Assembly: GCA_964633225.1 (NCBI GenBank)
Contig: CAZWFQ010000004.1
Span: 13,512-77,511 of the forward strand
From: an uncultured Anaerolineaceae bacterium
GTDB taxonomy: Bacteria > Chloroflexota > Anaerolineae > Anaerolineales > UBA4823
Direction of reading: 5' to 3'
DNA: 64,000 bases
Part shown: positions 16,787 to 25,394 of the stretch, piece after piece
Layout: each line of letters starts with the position of its first letter
Position numbering within the stretch: the stretch's first letter is position 1
Notes under the pieces: model-generated
Databases searched by the model: none
What the model was told of the DNA's origin: nothing
The model's input: the letters and a program-made list of their open reading frames with translations, nothing else
Translations under genes and position numbers: made by a program

Positions 16787-18028
16787 ATGAACAAAACACT
16801 TCTCATCCTGCGTCATGAAATCTATACCGTCGTCAGCCGCCCATCCTTCCTCTTCGGCATGTTTGGCATTCCCCTGCTGGGCGCGCTGATCTTCTTCATC
16901 GCTGGCAACCTGACCAAAAACCAGGGCGCTCAAAACGTGGTGGAGCAGTTGGTCACCAGCCCGCCAGAGCAAATGGCAGAAGGCTATATCGACCAGGCCG
17001 GGCTCATCCAAAACTTACCCAATGGCGTCTCAGAGGCCCAGTTGATCGCTTATGCCAGTGAAGAGGCAGCCCGCGCCGCCCTGGATGCCGGCGAGATCGG
17101 GAGCTACTACATCGTCCCGCCCGACTACGTGACCAAAGGCGAGATTGTGCAGGTACGCCCTGACTTCAATCCCCTCTCTGGCTTCAGCCAATCGGGGCTC
17201 TTTGAATGGGTACTGCGCGTCAACTTGCTCGATGGTGATGTACAGGCGGCCATGCTTTCGAATGGTCCAATTGAGTTGCAGTATGTCAACCGTGCGCCAG
17301 AGCCAGAGGCCGCCCGCGACGAAAACAATATGCTGACCTTCTTCCTGCCTTATGGCGTGACGATGATCTTCTACATGGTCATCCTGACCTCGGCCAGCCT
17401 GCTTCTCAGCAGTGTGACCAAAGAAAAGGAAAACCGCATCATCGAAGTCCTGATGAACTCGGTGACAGCCCAGCAGCTGCTAACCGGCAAGATCATTGGA
17501 CTGGGCCTGGTGGGATTGGTGCAAACCGCCATCTGGGTTGGCACCGCCAGAGCCCTGCTGGGCGCCAGTAAGAGCACCTTCAACTTATCCGATGCTTTCC
17601 AACTACCGCCATCGTTCTTGGTGTGGGGATTGATCTTCTTCATCCTGGGCTATGCCGTCTATGCCAGCCTGATGGCTGGGCTGGGGGCATTGGTCCCCAA
17701 CCTGCGTGAGGCCTCCCAGGCCACCATGATCGTGGTGATGCCCCTGATCATCCCCCTGTTCTTGATGAATGTGTTGATCGAGACCCCCCACAGCGCTGTT
17801 TCTACGGCATTGAGCTTGTTCCCCCTCAGCGCACCGGTGGTGATGATGACACGCCTCTCTTCGGGTGGGGTTCCAGCCTGGCAGCCGCCCCTGGCGGCCG
17901 TGCTCTGCGCGATCACCGCCGTGCTGGTCGTTCGGGCTGTGGCAGGCATGTTCCGGGCACAGGCCCTGCTCTCTGGCCAGGCCTTCAGCGTTAAGCTGTT
18001 TTTCAAGGCCTTGATCGGTAAAGCATAA
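16787..18028 (+). CDS. ABC-2 type transporter permease (NatB-like paralog)
   Basis: Same architecture as the upstream permease ('TKEKENRIIEVLMNSVTA'). Starts 2 nt after the previous stop. Confidence 0.85.
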   Translation: MNKTLLILRHEIYTVVSRPSFLFGMFGIPLLGALIFFIAGNLTKNQGAQNVVEQLVTSPPEQMAEGYIDQAGLIQNLPNGVSEAQLIAYASEEAARAALDAGEIGSYYIVPPDYVTKGEIVQVRPDFNPLSGFSQSGLFEWVLRVNLLDGDVQAAMLSNGPIELQYVNRAPEPEAARDENNMLTFFLPYGVTMIFYMVILTSASLLLSSVTKEKENRIIEVLMNSVTAQQLLTGKIIGLGLVGLVQTAIWVGTARALLGASKSTFNLSDAFQLPPSFLVWGLIFFILGYAVYASLMAGLGALVPNLREASQATMIVVMPLIIPLFLMNVLIETPHSAVSTALSLFPLSAPVVMMTRLSSGGVPAWQPPLAAVLCAITAVLVVRAVAGMFRAQALLSGQAFSVKLFFKALIGKA

Positions 18029-18034
18029 GTTTTC

Positions 18035-18078
18035 AAAACAGATTGAGGCGGCGCCAAAAGGCCGCCTTAATCTGTTTT
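18035..18078. terminator. bidirectional intrinsic terminator
   Basis: 18-nt arms AAAACAGATTGAGGCGGC / GCCGCCTTAATCTGTTTT (one G-U pair) with an 8-nt loop. A/T runs on both outer ends. Lies between convergent genes. Confidence 0.8.
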
Positions 18079-19749
18079 GGGTATCACCAGGGGGAAAACT
18101 GCCGTAAAGGTGCTGCCCTGATCCACTTCGCTGGTCAGGTGGATCTTTCCTCCCATCAAGCCCACCAGCTTCTTGACGATCGCCAGGCCCAGGCCAATCC
18201 CCTGGCGTTTTTGGGTCCCCGTCCCAAGCTGACGGAATGGCTCAAATACCGCTTCCTGAGCCTCAGGCGGGATACCCCGCCCCGTATCGCTCACCTCGAT
18301 CGCCCACCGGTACTCATCCACCTGGATGCAGCGGGCACCCACCTGGCCGCGCTCGGTGAATTTGATCGCATTGGTCAGCAAGTTGACCAAGACCTGGTTC
18401 AGCCGCTGCACATCGCCAACCAGGCTCTCCGGCAGCCCCGGGTCGATCTCGGTCACCAGGTCCAGGCCCTTCTCGCGGGCAGCCGTAAGCACCGCTTCAC
18501 TCAGACCATCGATCAAATCTGAGGGCGCAAAAGGCAAATTCTGGATCGCCAATGTGCCGGCCTCAATGCGAGCTTGATCGAGCAGGTCTCCCACCAGATT
18601 GTTGAGCTGGTAAACATTGCGCACAATGCGCGCCAGCAAGTCATCCTGCTCTTCGTTGATCGGGCCAGCGATTTTTTGCTGGAGCATGTCGGCCATCCCC
18701 AGGATGGCGGTCAGCGGGCTGCGCAGATCGTGCGAGACCATGGCCACAAAATTACTTTTCATCCGGCTGACCTCAACTTCATGCGTCACATCATGCAAAA
18801 CAGCCACAATGCCCGCCATTTCACCAGCCTCCAGGCGCACCGGGGCCACGTTCAGTGAATAGACCTTGCTGCCCCACGCCACCTGCAGCGGCTCAGCAAA
18901 AAGCGGATCGCGGAACAAGGTCTGTGCCACTTCAAGCTGCGCCTCCGGCAGGGCGTGTTCCAACCAATCGCCAATTTGCTGGCCCATAATGTCCTCGGCC
19001 GGTTGGCCGGCCATCAAGCCTAGGGCCGGGTTGGCCGCGCTGATCTTCCCCATGGGGTCGATCACCAACACGCCATCTGCAATGCTGTGCAAAATGGCTT
19101 GCAAGCGGCCGGTTTCAGCCTGCTGGTGCAGCAGTGCCTGGTGCAGTTCATCCGTGCGCTCCGCCACGCGCTGATCCAGTTCGCGATTCACCTGGCGCAG
19201 CTCTTTAAACGTATTCTCGAGGGTACTGGTTGCCAGCCAGGCAATCAATGCGATGATGCAGTAGCCCATCTCCAAAAAGAAACTGACTTCCACCTGGGCC
19301 TGGTTGGCCAGCCAGATATTCAGCACAACTACCACTGCTGCCATCACAAAACTGGCCACCGGGCGGATCAACATGCTGGCCAGGAAAATGGGGATCACAA
19401 AATAGATGATCGAGCGCCCAATGGCCAGCTCTTCTTTCGTGTCACTGACTGCAATCAGAATGGTGAACAACACCAGAAAAATGCTGCCGCCAACCACGCT
19501 CGACCAATACCGCCCAGACCAATAGGCCAGCACAATCGCACCGCTGAATCCCAAGAGGGCAAACAAGGTGCGATAACCCGGATCGGCTGTTTTTAAATCT
19601 TGGGTCAGGGCCACGTATACATAAAAAATCAGGCCCACGCAGCAAGTCGCCGCCAGCCCAATCAAGATCACATTAAGCAGCCAGCGACGGCGGGCGTCAT
19701 CGGGATCAGTTGAGGGGATATCGAGCAGGCGCTGCCAGAGTTTATTCAC
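18067..19749 (-). CDS. membrane sensor histidine kinase with PAS domain
   Basis: N-terminal multi-TM region, PAS-like 'LHSIADGVLVIDPMGKI', H-box 'MVSHDLRSPLTAI', 'NLLTNAIKFT', 'DTGRGI', 'GIGLGLAIV'. Confidence 0.9.
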   Translation of the reverse strand: MNKLWQRLLDIPSTDPDDARRRWLLNVILIGLAATCCVGLIFYVYVALTQDLKTADPGYRTLFALLGFSGAIVLAYWSGRYWSSVVGGSIFLVLFTILIAVSDTKEELAIGRSIIYFVIPIFLASMLIRPVASFVMAAVVVVLNIWLANQAQVEVSFFLEMGYCIIALIAWLATSTLENTFKELRQVNRELDQRVAERTDELHQALLHQQAETGRLQAILHSIADGVLVIDPMGKISAANPALGLMAGQPAEDIMGQQIGDWLEHALPEAQLEVAQTLFRDPLFAEPLQVAWGSKVYSLNVAPVRLEAGEMAGIVAVLHDVTHEVEVSRMKSNFVAMVSHDLRSPLTAILGMADMLQQKIAGPINEEQDDLLARIVRNVYQLNNLVGDLLDQARIEAGTLAIQNLPFAPSDLIDGLSEAVLTAAREKGLDLVTEIDPGLPESLVGDVQRLNQVLVNLLTNAIKFTERGQVGARCIQVDEYRWAIEVSDTGRGIPPEAQEAVFEPFRQLGTGTQKRQGIGLGLAIVKKLVGLMGGKIHLTSEVDQGSTFTAVFPLVIPKTD

Positions 19750-19790
19750 CGCACAATCTGACCCTGTGATTACCCCTTATGCGGGCAAGG

Positions 19791-20234
19791 TCAGTTATTC
19801 GATTCTAACATAATCGTAACGGGGCCATCATTGCGAATCTCTACCAACATGTGCGCCCCGAACTGGCCTGTTTGGGTTGGCACGCCCAATTCGCTCAGAA
19901 TCGCCGCAAACCGCTCAACCAATGGGCGGGCAATCTCTGGCAGGGCCGCATCCGTAAAAGATGGGCGGCGGCCCTTGCGCGCATCCGCATACAAGGTAAA
20001 CTGAGAGACCACAATCGCTGCCCCGCCCACATCCAACAATGAGCGGTTCATCTTCCCCTGCTCATCTTCAAAGATGCGCAGGTTGGCTGCCTTCTCTGCC
20101 AGGAAGCGCGCTTGCGTTTCGCCATCCCCTGGCGCGATACCTAATAGAATGACCAGCCCTGGCCCGATCTCAGCCATGGGCTGGCCTTCCACACTCACCT
20201 TACCATAAGTCACACGTTGTAAGATCAGGCGCAT
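19791..20234 (-). CDS. dtd: D-aminoacyl-tRNA deacylase
   Basis: 147 aa with 'MRLILQRV', '[17 protein letters not shown]' and '[15 protein letters not shown]'. Confidence 0.95.
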   Translation of the reverse strand: MRLILQRVTYGKVSVEGQPMAEIGPGLVILLGIAPGDGETQARFLAEKAANLRIFEDEQGKMNRSLLDVGGAAIVVSQFTLYADARKGRRPSFTDAALPEIARPLVERFAAILSELGVPTQTGQFGAHMLVEIRNDGPVTIMLESNN

Positions 20235-20239
20235 ATTGG

Positions 20240-20773
20240 TTACACCCGCAAGGCCAAGGCCACGGCCGCGGCCCAGGCCAGGATCTTGAACTTTCCATCT
20301 GAAAGGGCCTGCTCCAACTCAGCACGCGAAAGCAGCACCATTTCTTGCGCTTCCAGGTCATCGCTGTCGATCTCGCAAACCCGCCGCGCCTGGCGCGCCA
20401 GGTACAGGTTGCCCGTGGCCACGCCCCGGTTTGGATCCACTAAGAAATGTCCCAGGTCTACCCAATCGTCAGAGACGCAGCCGGTTTCCTCGCGCAGCTC
20501 GCGCTGCGCCGCGGCCAGCGGCACCTCGCCCGGCTTGAGATAGCCGCCCACCAATGCCAGCATCGGCTCAGGCACGCCATATTTGCGCTGCCAAAAGCAC
20601 AGGTACTCTCCGGCCTCGGTTTGCACCACCACGTTAATATAGTCTGGGGTGGTCAGCCAGGGCCAATCTGGAATGACGCGCCCATCGGGCAGCTCCACCG
20701 CGTGGTGTTCCACCACCAACCAGGGAGACTGGTCCAAGACCACCTTGCGAGAAAGGGTTTTCCACGGCAGCAT
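20240..20773 (-). CDS. NUDIX hydrolase
   Basis: Nudix box '[23 protein letters not shown]'. Confidence 0.9.
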   Translation of the reverse strand: MLPWKTLSRKVVLDQSPWLVVEHHAVELPDGRVIPDWPWLTTPDYINVVVQTEAGEYLCFWQRKYGVPEPMLALVGGYLKPGEVPLAAAQRELREETGCVSDDWVDLGHFLVDPNRGVATGNLYLARQARRVCEIDSDDLEAQEMVLLSRAELEQALSDGKFKILAWAAAVALALRV

Positions 20774-20778
20774 GGCGT

Positions 20779-21771
20779 TTAAGGCAAGCCCACAGCCCGC
20801 CGCACGCCCACCATGGTTTGCTCGGCAATGACACGCGCCCGGCGAGCGCCATCATCCAAAACATCCAGCACATAAGCCGGGTCTTGCGCCAGCTTGTTAC
20901 GGCGTTGGCGGAAAGGATCCAGGTTGGCGTTCAGGTTGGCGGCGAAGCGCTTCTTGCAGTCCACGCAGCCAATACCGGCCTTGCGGCATTCGCTGTCAAT
21001 CATCGCCACTTCGTCGACCGGCGAGAAGATCTTGTGCATCGAAAAGACGTTGCACACCTCTGGGCGCCCCGGATCGTTGCGGCGCATACGCTGAGGGTCG
21101 GTCACCATCTGCATCACGCGCTGCTGTGTTTCCTCGGGTGTAGAGGCCAGCTCGATGTGATTATTGAGGCTCTTGCCCATCTTCTCCACACCGTCAATGC
21201 CCAACACCTTGGGCACTTCAGTGTTCTTCATCTGCGGCTCCACCAGCACGTCCGTGTTATAGCGGAAGTTAAAAGAACGCACCGCTTCGCGCGCAAATTC
21301 CAGGTGCGGCGCCTGGTCAACGCCCACCGGCACCACGTTGGCCCTGTAGAGCAAAATATCGGCTGCCATCAACACCGGATAGCCCACCAGCCCATAATTC
21401 ACGTTGTGGGGCTGCTGGCGTACCTTCTCTTTGAATGTGGGCAGGTCGGTCAGTTTGCCCAGCGGCGTGACCATCGAAAGGACCAGGTGCAGCTCAGTCA
21501 CCTGCGGCACGTGGGATTGGATAAAGATGATCGATTCCTCCGGGCGGATGCCTGCCGCCAGGAAATCGAGGGCCATTTCCATCGTATTCTGGCGCAAGTT
21601 GAGCGTATCCTCAACCGTGGTCAGGGCGTGCAAGTCCACGATACAGTAGACGCAGTCGTAATCTTCTTGCAATGCCACGTAATTCTTGATCGCGCCCAGG
21701 TAATTGCCCAGGTGCTGGCGCCCGGTTGGGCGCGCCCCCGAAAAAGCGCGGCCTTTCTTCATTGTAGCCAT
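20779..21771 (-). CDS. trpS: tryptophan--tRNA ligase
   Basis: HIGH-type 'PTGRQHLGNYLG', KMSKS-type 'KMGKS', 330 aa class-I TrpRS layout. Confidence 0.95.
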   Translation of the reverse strand: MATMKKGRAFSGARPTGRQHLGNYLGAIKNYVALQEDYDCVYCIVDLHALTTVEDTLNLRQNTMEMALDFLAAGIRPEESIIFIQSHVPQVTELHLVLSMVTPLGKLTDLPTFKEKVRQQPHNVNYGLVGYPVLMAADILLYRANVVPVGVDQAPHLEFAREAVRSFNFRYNTDVLVEPQMKNTEVPKVLGIDGVEKMGKSLNNHIELASTPEETQQRVMQMVTDPQRMRRNDPGRPEVCNVFSMHKIFSPVDEVAMIDSECRKAGIGCVDCKKRFAANLNANLDPFRQRRNKLAQDPAYVLDVLDDGARRARVIAEQTMVGVRRAVGLP

Positions 21772-21806
21772 CTTATTACCTCCAAAGAATATATCTATTT
21801 AATTAC

Positions 21807-22052
21807 TTATGACCCGAACAGCTTGCGCACCAGCCCAGTGACCTCGCCGGGTTGGGCATGGCGGTCGGTTTGCAGCTTCGAATAGACAAGCACATTGTTG
21901 GCGGTCACTTCAAAACGCCCGCCATCCGATGGGATGAGCGTGATCGCCTCGATGTGGGGCTCAAATTCTTTGAGCAGCTCGCTGGCCAGGCTCACGGCCC
22001 GGTCAGTGTAATGTCAAACTGCGCAGTACTCCACTGTAATCTTCCACAACAT
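21807..22052 (-). CDS. SelW/Rdx-family protein with in-frame TGA (candidate selenocysteine, CxxU redox motif)
   Basis: The minus strand reads AAGGAGG-ctgtt-ATG TTG TGG AAG ATT ACA GTG GAG TAC TGC GCA GTT TGA CAT... This gives MLWKITVEYCAV(U)HYTDRAVSLASELLKEF... and joins in frame to track ORF 21807..21995. 'I.VEYC..U' plus 'GGRFEV' match the Rdx fold family. TGA is at 22014-22016. Confidence 0.75.
21982..22006 (-). other. bSECIS-like hairpin downstream of the in-frame UGA
   Basis: RNA 5'-CUGACCGGGC-CGUGA-GCCUGGCCAG-3'. The stem has 9 pairs (one is G-U) plus one A-C mismatch. It starts 7 nt after the UGA, and the apical loop begins 17 nt after it with G at loop position 2. Confidence 0.55.
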
Positions 22053-22068
22053 AACAGCCTCCTTTGAG

Positions 22069-22340
22069 AAAAAAAGACCCCCGCCGGTGATGCGACGGGG
22101 GTGAAAAGCCAGCTTCACGTTCAAGCACGGTCAGGTTGGCCCTCTTTGCCAATCTACGATGCCTTTTGCCCTGGTAACGGTGGCAACTCCGGCTTGGGCT
22201 ACTCTCAACAATGATTTTGCCCTTGCAGCTCCGAGGGCCATTCAGCGCAGGCGCACGGGCGGGGTTCTCAGCCAACAACCGCTCTCTGTTCCGCCGCATC
22301 CACGCGTACTCGTCCTCATCAAAGCTGATCAGTTTTGATT
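22069..22340 (-). promoter_or_regulatory. T-box-like leader RNA (UGG/Trp specifier candidate) with intrinsic terminator
   Basis: The minus strand shows, in canonical order: a GA/K-turn-like 'GAUGAGGACGAGUA' (about 22320), AG-bay 'CAGAGAGC' (about 22285), specifier context 'CUGAA-UGG-C' (UGG at 22238-22240) closing with 'CCUCGGAGCU', F-box 'CCGUUA' (22175-22180), then terminator ACCCCCG-N12-CGGGGGU-U7 (22069-22103) ending just before the SD of the SelW-like gene. The T-box 14-mer itself is not cleanly recognisable. Confidence 0.5.
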
Positions 22341-22346
22341 TTGCGT

Positions 22347-22355
22347 AGTATATCA
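22347..22355 (-). promoter_or_regulatory. extended -10 promoter element (TGATATACT) for the leader RNA
   Basis: TG-n-TATACT on the minus strand, about 25 nt upstream of the GAUGAG motif. No good -35. Confidence 0.4.
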
Positions 22356-22438
22356 CAAAACGTCACAGCCCAATGAGGCTCTTCTCTGTGATCTCTGTGT
22401 CTCCGTTGTTTTCTCTTGGCATTCCACACCGCACACAG

Positions 22439-23050
22439 TTAATCCCAGCCGGCTATCCTATCGAGATACTCCAATCCAGCCGGCGTCAATTCAGCCACGC
22501 AGCAGCCTGCATACCCAATCCGAGAGATCGCCAGTTGGGCCGGGTCAAGGCCTTTCAAGATCTGCGGCAGCATCATGCGGTACACCCCGCCGTGCGATAC
22601 GCACAGCAAATTGGCATCGCGGTCGCCGTACTGCCGCACCAGGCCTTCAACAAAGGGCACAAAGCGCGCCTGGATATCGTAGAAGCTCTCACCGCCCTCG
22701 ATACCACACTCCCATTGCTGGCCATCAGACCATGCATCAAAATATTCCTTCCAGGCCTGCCAGGCTTCCTCGTCTGAGCGGCCTTCCAACACGCCGCAAT
22801 CATACTCGCGCAAGGCCTCCGTCACCTCATATTCCACGCCCAGCCGCCCCGCCACGACGATGCTCGTCTCAATTGTGCGCAACACCGGGCTGGAATAGAC
22901 ATGCGTGACGGCGGCCTGGCCCAACCGCTCAGCCAGCCCTGCCGCCTGCTGCCGGCCGCGCAGTGTCAACCCATGCACCAACCCACGGTTCGAAATCTGG
23001 TGCAGGGTATTAGCATGGCTCTCGCCGTGCCGTGCAAAGTAGATTTTCAT
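22439..23050 (-). CDS. histidine phosphatase family protein
   Basis: 'KIYFARHGESHAN' RHG motif and 'CVSHGGV'. Confidence 0.85.
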   Translation of the reverse strand: MKIYFARHGESHANTLHQISNRGLVHGLTLRGRQQAAGLAERLGQAAVTHVYSSPVLRTIETSIVVAGRLGVEYEVTEALREYDCGVLEGRSDEEAWQAWKEYFDAWSDGQQWECGIEGGESFYDIQARFVPFVEGLVRQYGDRDANLLCVSHGGVYRMMLPQILKGLDPAQLAISRIGYAGCCVAELTPAGLEYLDRIAGWD

Positions 23051-23072
23051 CGCGATATCACGGGCAAGAACA

Positions 23073-24068
23073 TCATTTCTCGCCCGCCTCGATCAAAGCT
23101 TCTCGCCTGCGGCGGTACTCGATGATTGGGCCGTCCCCGGCGATCATCTTCTCGCCCATTCTCAGTTGAGAGCGCAAAGGCCGCTGGGTCAGCACCACGC
23201 GCCGGTCCTGGCGTTCGATGTACAGGTTGCCCAGGTTGCCGGCCAATTCAAATACCTGGCGCAGCACGGGTGTCTTCACGGTGTGGTAAGTGCGCAGGTA
23301 AAGCAGCGTGTTCTCATCATCCACCGGCACAAAAGCAATGAACAGGTGCAGATCCCCCAGCCAATTGTGCCAGATATTGGGGAAGCGGAACTGGATCTGC
23401 GGGCGCTTGTCAGCCGGCGGCATCTCAGAAGCCCTGAGCGGCTTCTGGCCGCGCTCCACCTCACCGTCATACCACAGGTCGATCCGGTCGTGCCCGCCCG
23501 GAAATTCGGTGACGGTGTAGCGCGGACCGTTGATCACGGTCTTATTGCCGCGCCCGATGCTGTTGGCATGCACAAAGGGCAGGTGCACCACGTCCAATTG
23601 ATTCTCAATCGCACGTGAATAATGGGTTTTCCAATGGTCCACAAAGGTGGTGTAAACATAACGCCCGTCTCCCATGAAGTCAAATTCGGGCAAGGGTGGA
23701 TACTCGGCTTGCGGCGCTCCCCACCAAACGTAAACCAGGCCGTGCGCCTCGCGTACCGGATAAGCACGCACATTGAAAGCCTTGGGAACTTCGGCGCTGC
23801 GCCCATTAGCCGGGATAAGCGTACAGCGTCCGCTGGGATCGAACTCAAAGCCGTGGAATGGGCATTGGATGCCATCCCCTTGCACCTTGCCCGCGCTCAA
23901 CGCCACCCCCCGGTGCGGGCATAGGTCGATCGCACAGGCCGCCTTCCCCTGGGCATCGCGCCAGAAAACCAACTTCTCGCCCATGCGCGTCACGCCAACC
24001 GGCCGGTGGCGTGGGATTTGGCGCCCTTCAAGCAGTGGATACCATTGGTTGGGGATCATTTGCCACAT
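23073..24068 (-). CDS. Rieske [2Fe-2S] domain oxygenase
   Basis: Rieske ligands 'CPHRGVALS...CPFHGFEF', followed by a ~200-aa catalytic-like domain. Confidence 0.85.
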   Translation of the reverse strand: MWQMIPNQWYPLLEGRQIPRHRPVGVTRMGEKLVFWRDAQGKAACAIDLCPHRGVALSAGKVQGDGIQCPFHGFEFDPSGRCTLIPANGRSAEVPKAFNVRAYPVREAHGLVYVWWGAPQAEYPPLPEFDFMGDGRYVYTTFVDHWKTHYSRAIENQLDVVHLPFVHANSIGRGNKTVINGPRYTVTEFPGGHDRIDLWYDGEVERGQKPLRASEMPPADKRPQIQFRFPNIWHNWLGDLHLFIAFVPVDDENTLLYLRTYHTVKTPVLRQVFELAGNLGNLYIERQDRRVVLTQRPLRSQLRMGEKMIAGDGPIIEYRRRREALIEAGEK

Positions 24069-25006
24069 CCTAAATCATGCAGCCCTTCGGCCAGCTCAAC
24101 GATCTTAGCGCGCATCGCCAGCTTCTCAACCCAATCCGCCGGGATGCCCGCTTCGCCATAATATGCCCCCGCCAATTGGCCGTAGATAGCAGCCGTAGTA
24201 TCGGCATCATCCCCCAGGTTGGCAGCCAATAAACACCCACTGCGGTAATCTTCTGTTTGATAAAAAGCCCACAGCGCCGCCTCAAGCGCACGCACCACGT
24301 AACCGCTGCCCTTGATCTGCGGCGGCTGGCGCGTTTTGAACGAACCGCACGCCACCTCATCCACTTCAGCGGTTAGGGGGTTCTGATCCCAAAAAGAACC
24401 TGCCAGCGGAGCATAGCGCTCCACCAACAGGCTGCTTTTATCCACGCCGTTCAACGCCCCCACCAGCAGCCCGCCGTAGTAACGGCAGGCATCCACCGCC
24501 GTCTGCGCGCCGTGGGTGGTGCGCGAGCTGTTGGCGCAGTGCTGGATGGCAAGCGCTGGCTGCCGGACATACGCCATCGCCACCGGGGCCAGGCGCATCA
24601 GCGAGCCATTGCCGGCTGAATGAGGGTCGGTTGGGCCGGGATATGGCTGGCGTGTACGCTCAAAAGTTTCCAGTGCATGGCGGGTGGTGCCGCCAATGTC
24701 AAAGCAGCGCCCGTTGTGGCTCATGTAACCCTGGCGGTACCAACGCAGGTACCGTTGAAGTTGGTCCAACGGGTCAAAATCCGCACACACCACCAGGCTC
24801 TCTGCCAGGCACAGGGCCATCGCAGTATCGTCCGTCCACTCGCCAGCCTTCAGGTAAAAAGGCCCCCCGCCGGTCATGTCAGTGATCGGCTGAAAACTGC
24901 CCGGCAGCTTGAATTCCAGCGTTGTGCCCACGGCATCGCCCACCGCCAGGCCCAGCAAGCAGCCGCGAGCTCTCGCCATTGATTGAATAGGGTGAAGGTC
25001 GGTCAT
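24056..25006 (-). CDS. ADP-ribosylglycohydrolase family protein
   Basis: 'RGCLLGLAVGDAVGTTLEF', 'WTDDTAMALCLAESL' and 'GDDADTTAAIYGQLAGAYYG' are ARH/DraG-family motifs. 13-nt overlap with the Rieske gene. Confidence 0.9.
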   Translation of the reverse strand: MTDLHPIQSMARARGCLLGLAVGDAVGTTLEFKLPGSFQPITDMTGGGPFYLKAGEWTDDTAMALCLAESLVVCADFDPLDQLQRYLRWYRQGYMSHNGRCFDIGGTTRHALETFERTRQPYPGPTDPHSAGNGSLMRLAPVAMAYVRQPALAIQHCANSSRTTHGAQTAVDACRYYGGLLVGALNGVDKSSLLVERYAPLAGSFWDQNPLTAEVDEVACGSFKTRQPPQIKGSGYVVRALEAALWAFYQTEDYRSGCLLAANLGDDADTTAAIYGQLAGAYYGEAGIPADWVEKLAMRAKIVELAEGLHDLGCGK

Positions 25007-25101
25007 CTACATTCCTCCCAGGGAGATATTATACTCCCCTGTGCAACCTTCTCTCTGGCCTTGCGTACACTATCTTAGAACATAAATAAGGAGAAAACAC
25101 C

Positions 25102-25353
25102 ATGAATAATGATAAAAGGTTGTACCGCAGCCGCACCAACCGCATGGTTGGCGGCGTATGCGCCGGGATTGGCGAATTCTTTGGCATCGACTCCACCGTG
25201 ATCCGCCTGCTGTTCGTCTTTGGCGTGATCTTCGGCTGGGGATCTATGCTGGTGGTGTACCTGATCATGCTGGTGATCGTGCCTGAGGAACCGGGTGCAA
25301 TGCCCCCACTGCCTCCCGCCCCTCCGGCCCCGCCCATTGAACCAGAAGTGTAG
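25102..25353 (+). CDS. PspC domain-containing membrane protein
   Basis: 'LYRSRTNRMVGGVCAGIGEFFGIDSTVIRLLFV', followed by a TM segment and a Pro-rich tail. Confidence 0.9.
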   Translation: MNNDKRLYRSRTNRMVGGVCAGIGEFFGIDSTVIRLLFVFGVIFGWGSMLVVYLIMLVIVPEEPGAMPPLPPAPPAPPIEPEV

Positions 25354-25366
25354 TGAATAAAACGAA

Positions 25367-25389
25367 CTGGCGCTGCGATGCAGCGCCAG
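25367..25389. terminator. bidirectional intrinsic terminator
   Basis: CTGGCGCTGC-GAT-GCAGCGCCAG, flanked by AAAACGAA and GTTATTTAAT. Lies between convergent genes. Confidence 0.7.
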
Positions 25390-25394
25390 GTTAT

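Noticed and set aside
20818-21885. 355-aa ORF on the plus strand
   Set aside because: It lies entirely antisense to trpS, whose TrpRS motifs are unambiguous. Its composition is His/Arg/Val-rich, typical of shadow ORFs in high-GC DNA, and it has no motif or SD.
22003-22356. 117-aa minus-strand ORF between the histidine phosphatase and the trpS operon
   Set aside because: It runs across an intrinsic terminator and the SD/ATG of the SelW-like gene in another frame. The region is better explained as a structured T-box-like leader plus the selenoprotein N-terminus.
22373-22777. 134-aa plus-strand ORF
   Set aside because: It is antisense to the histidine phosphatase gene (RHG motif on the minus strand), with no SD or motif.
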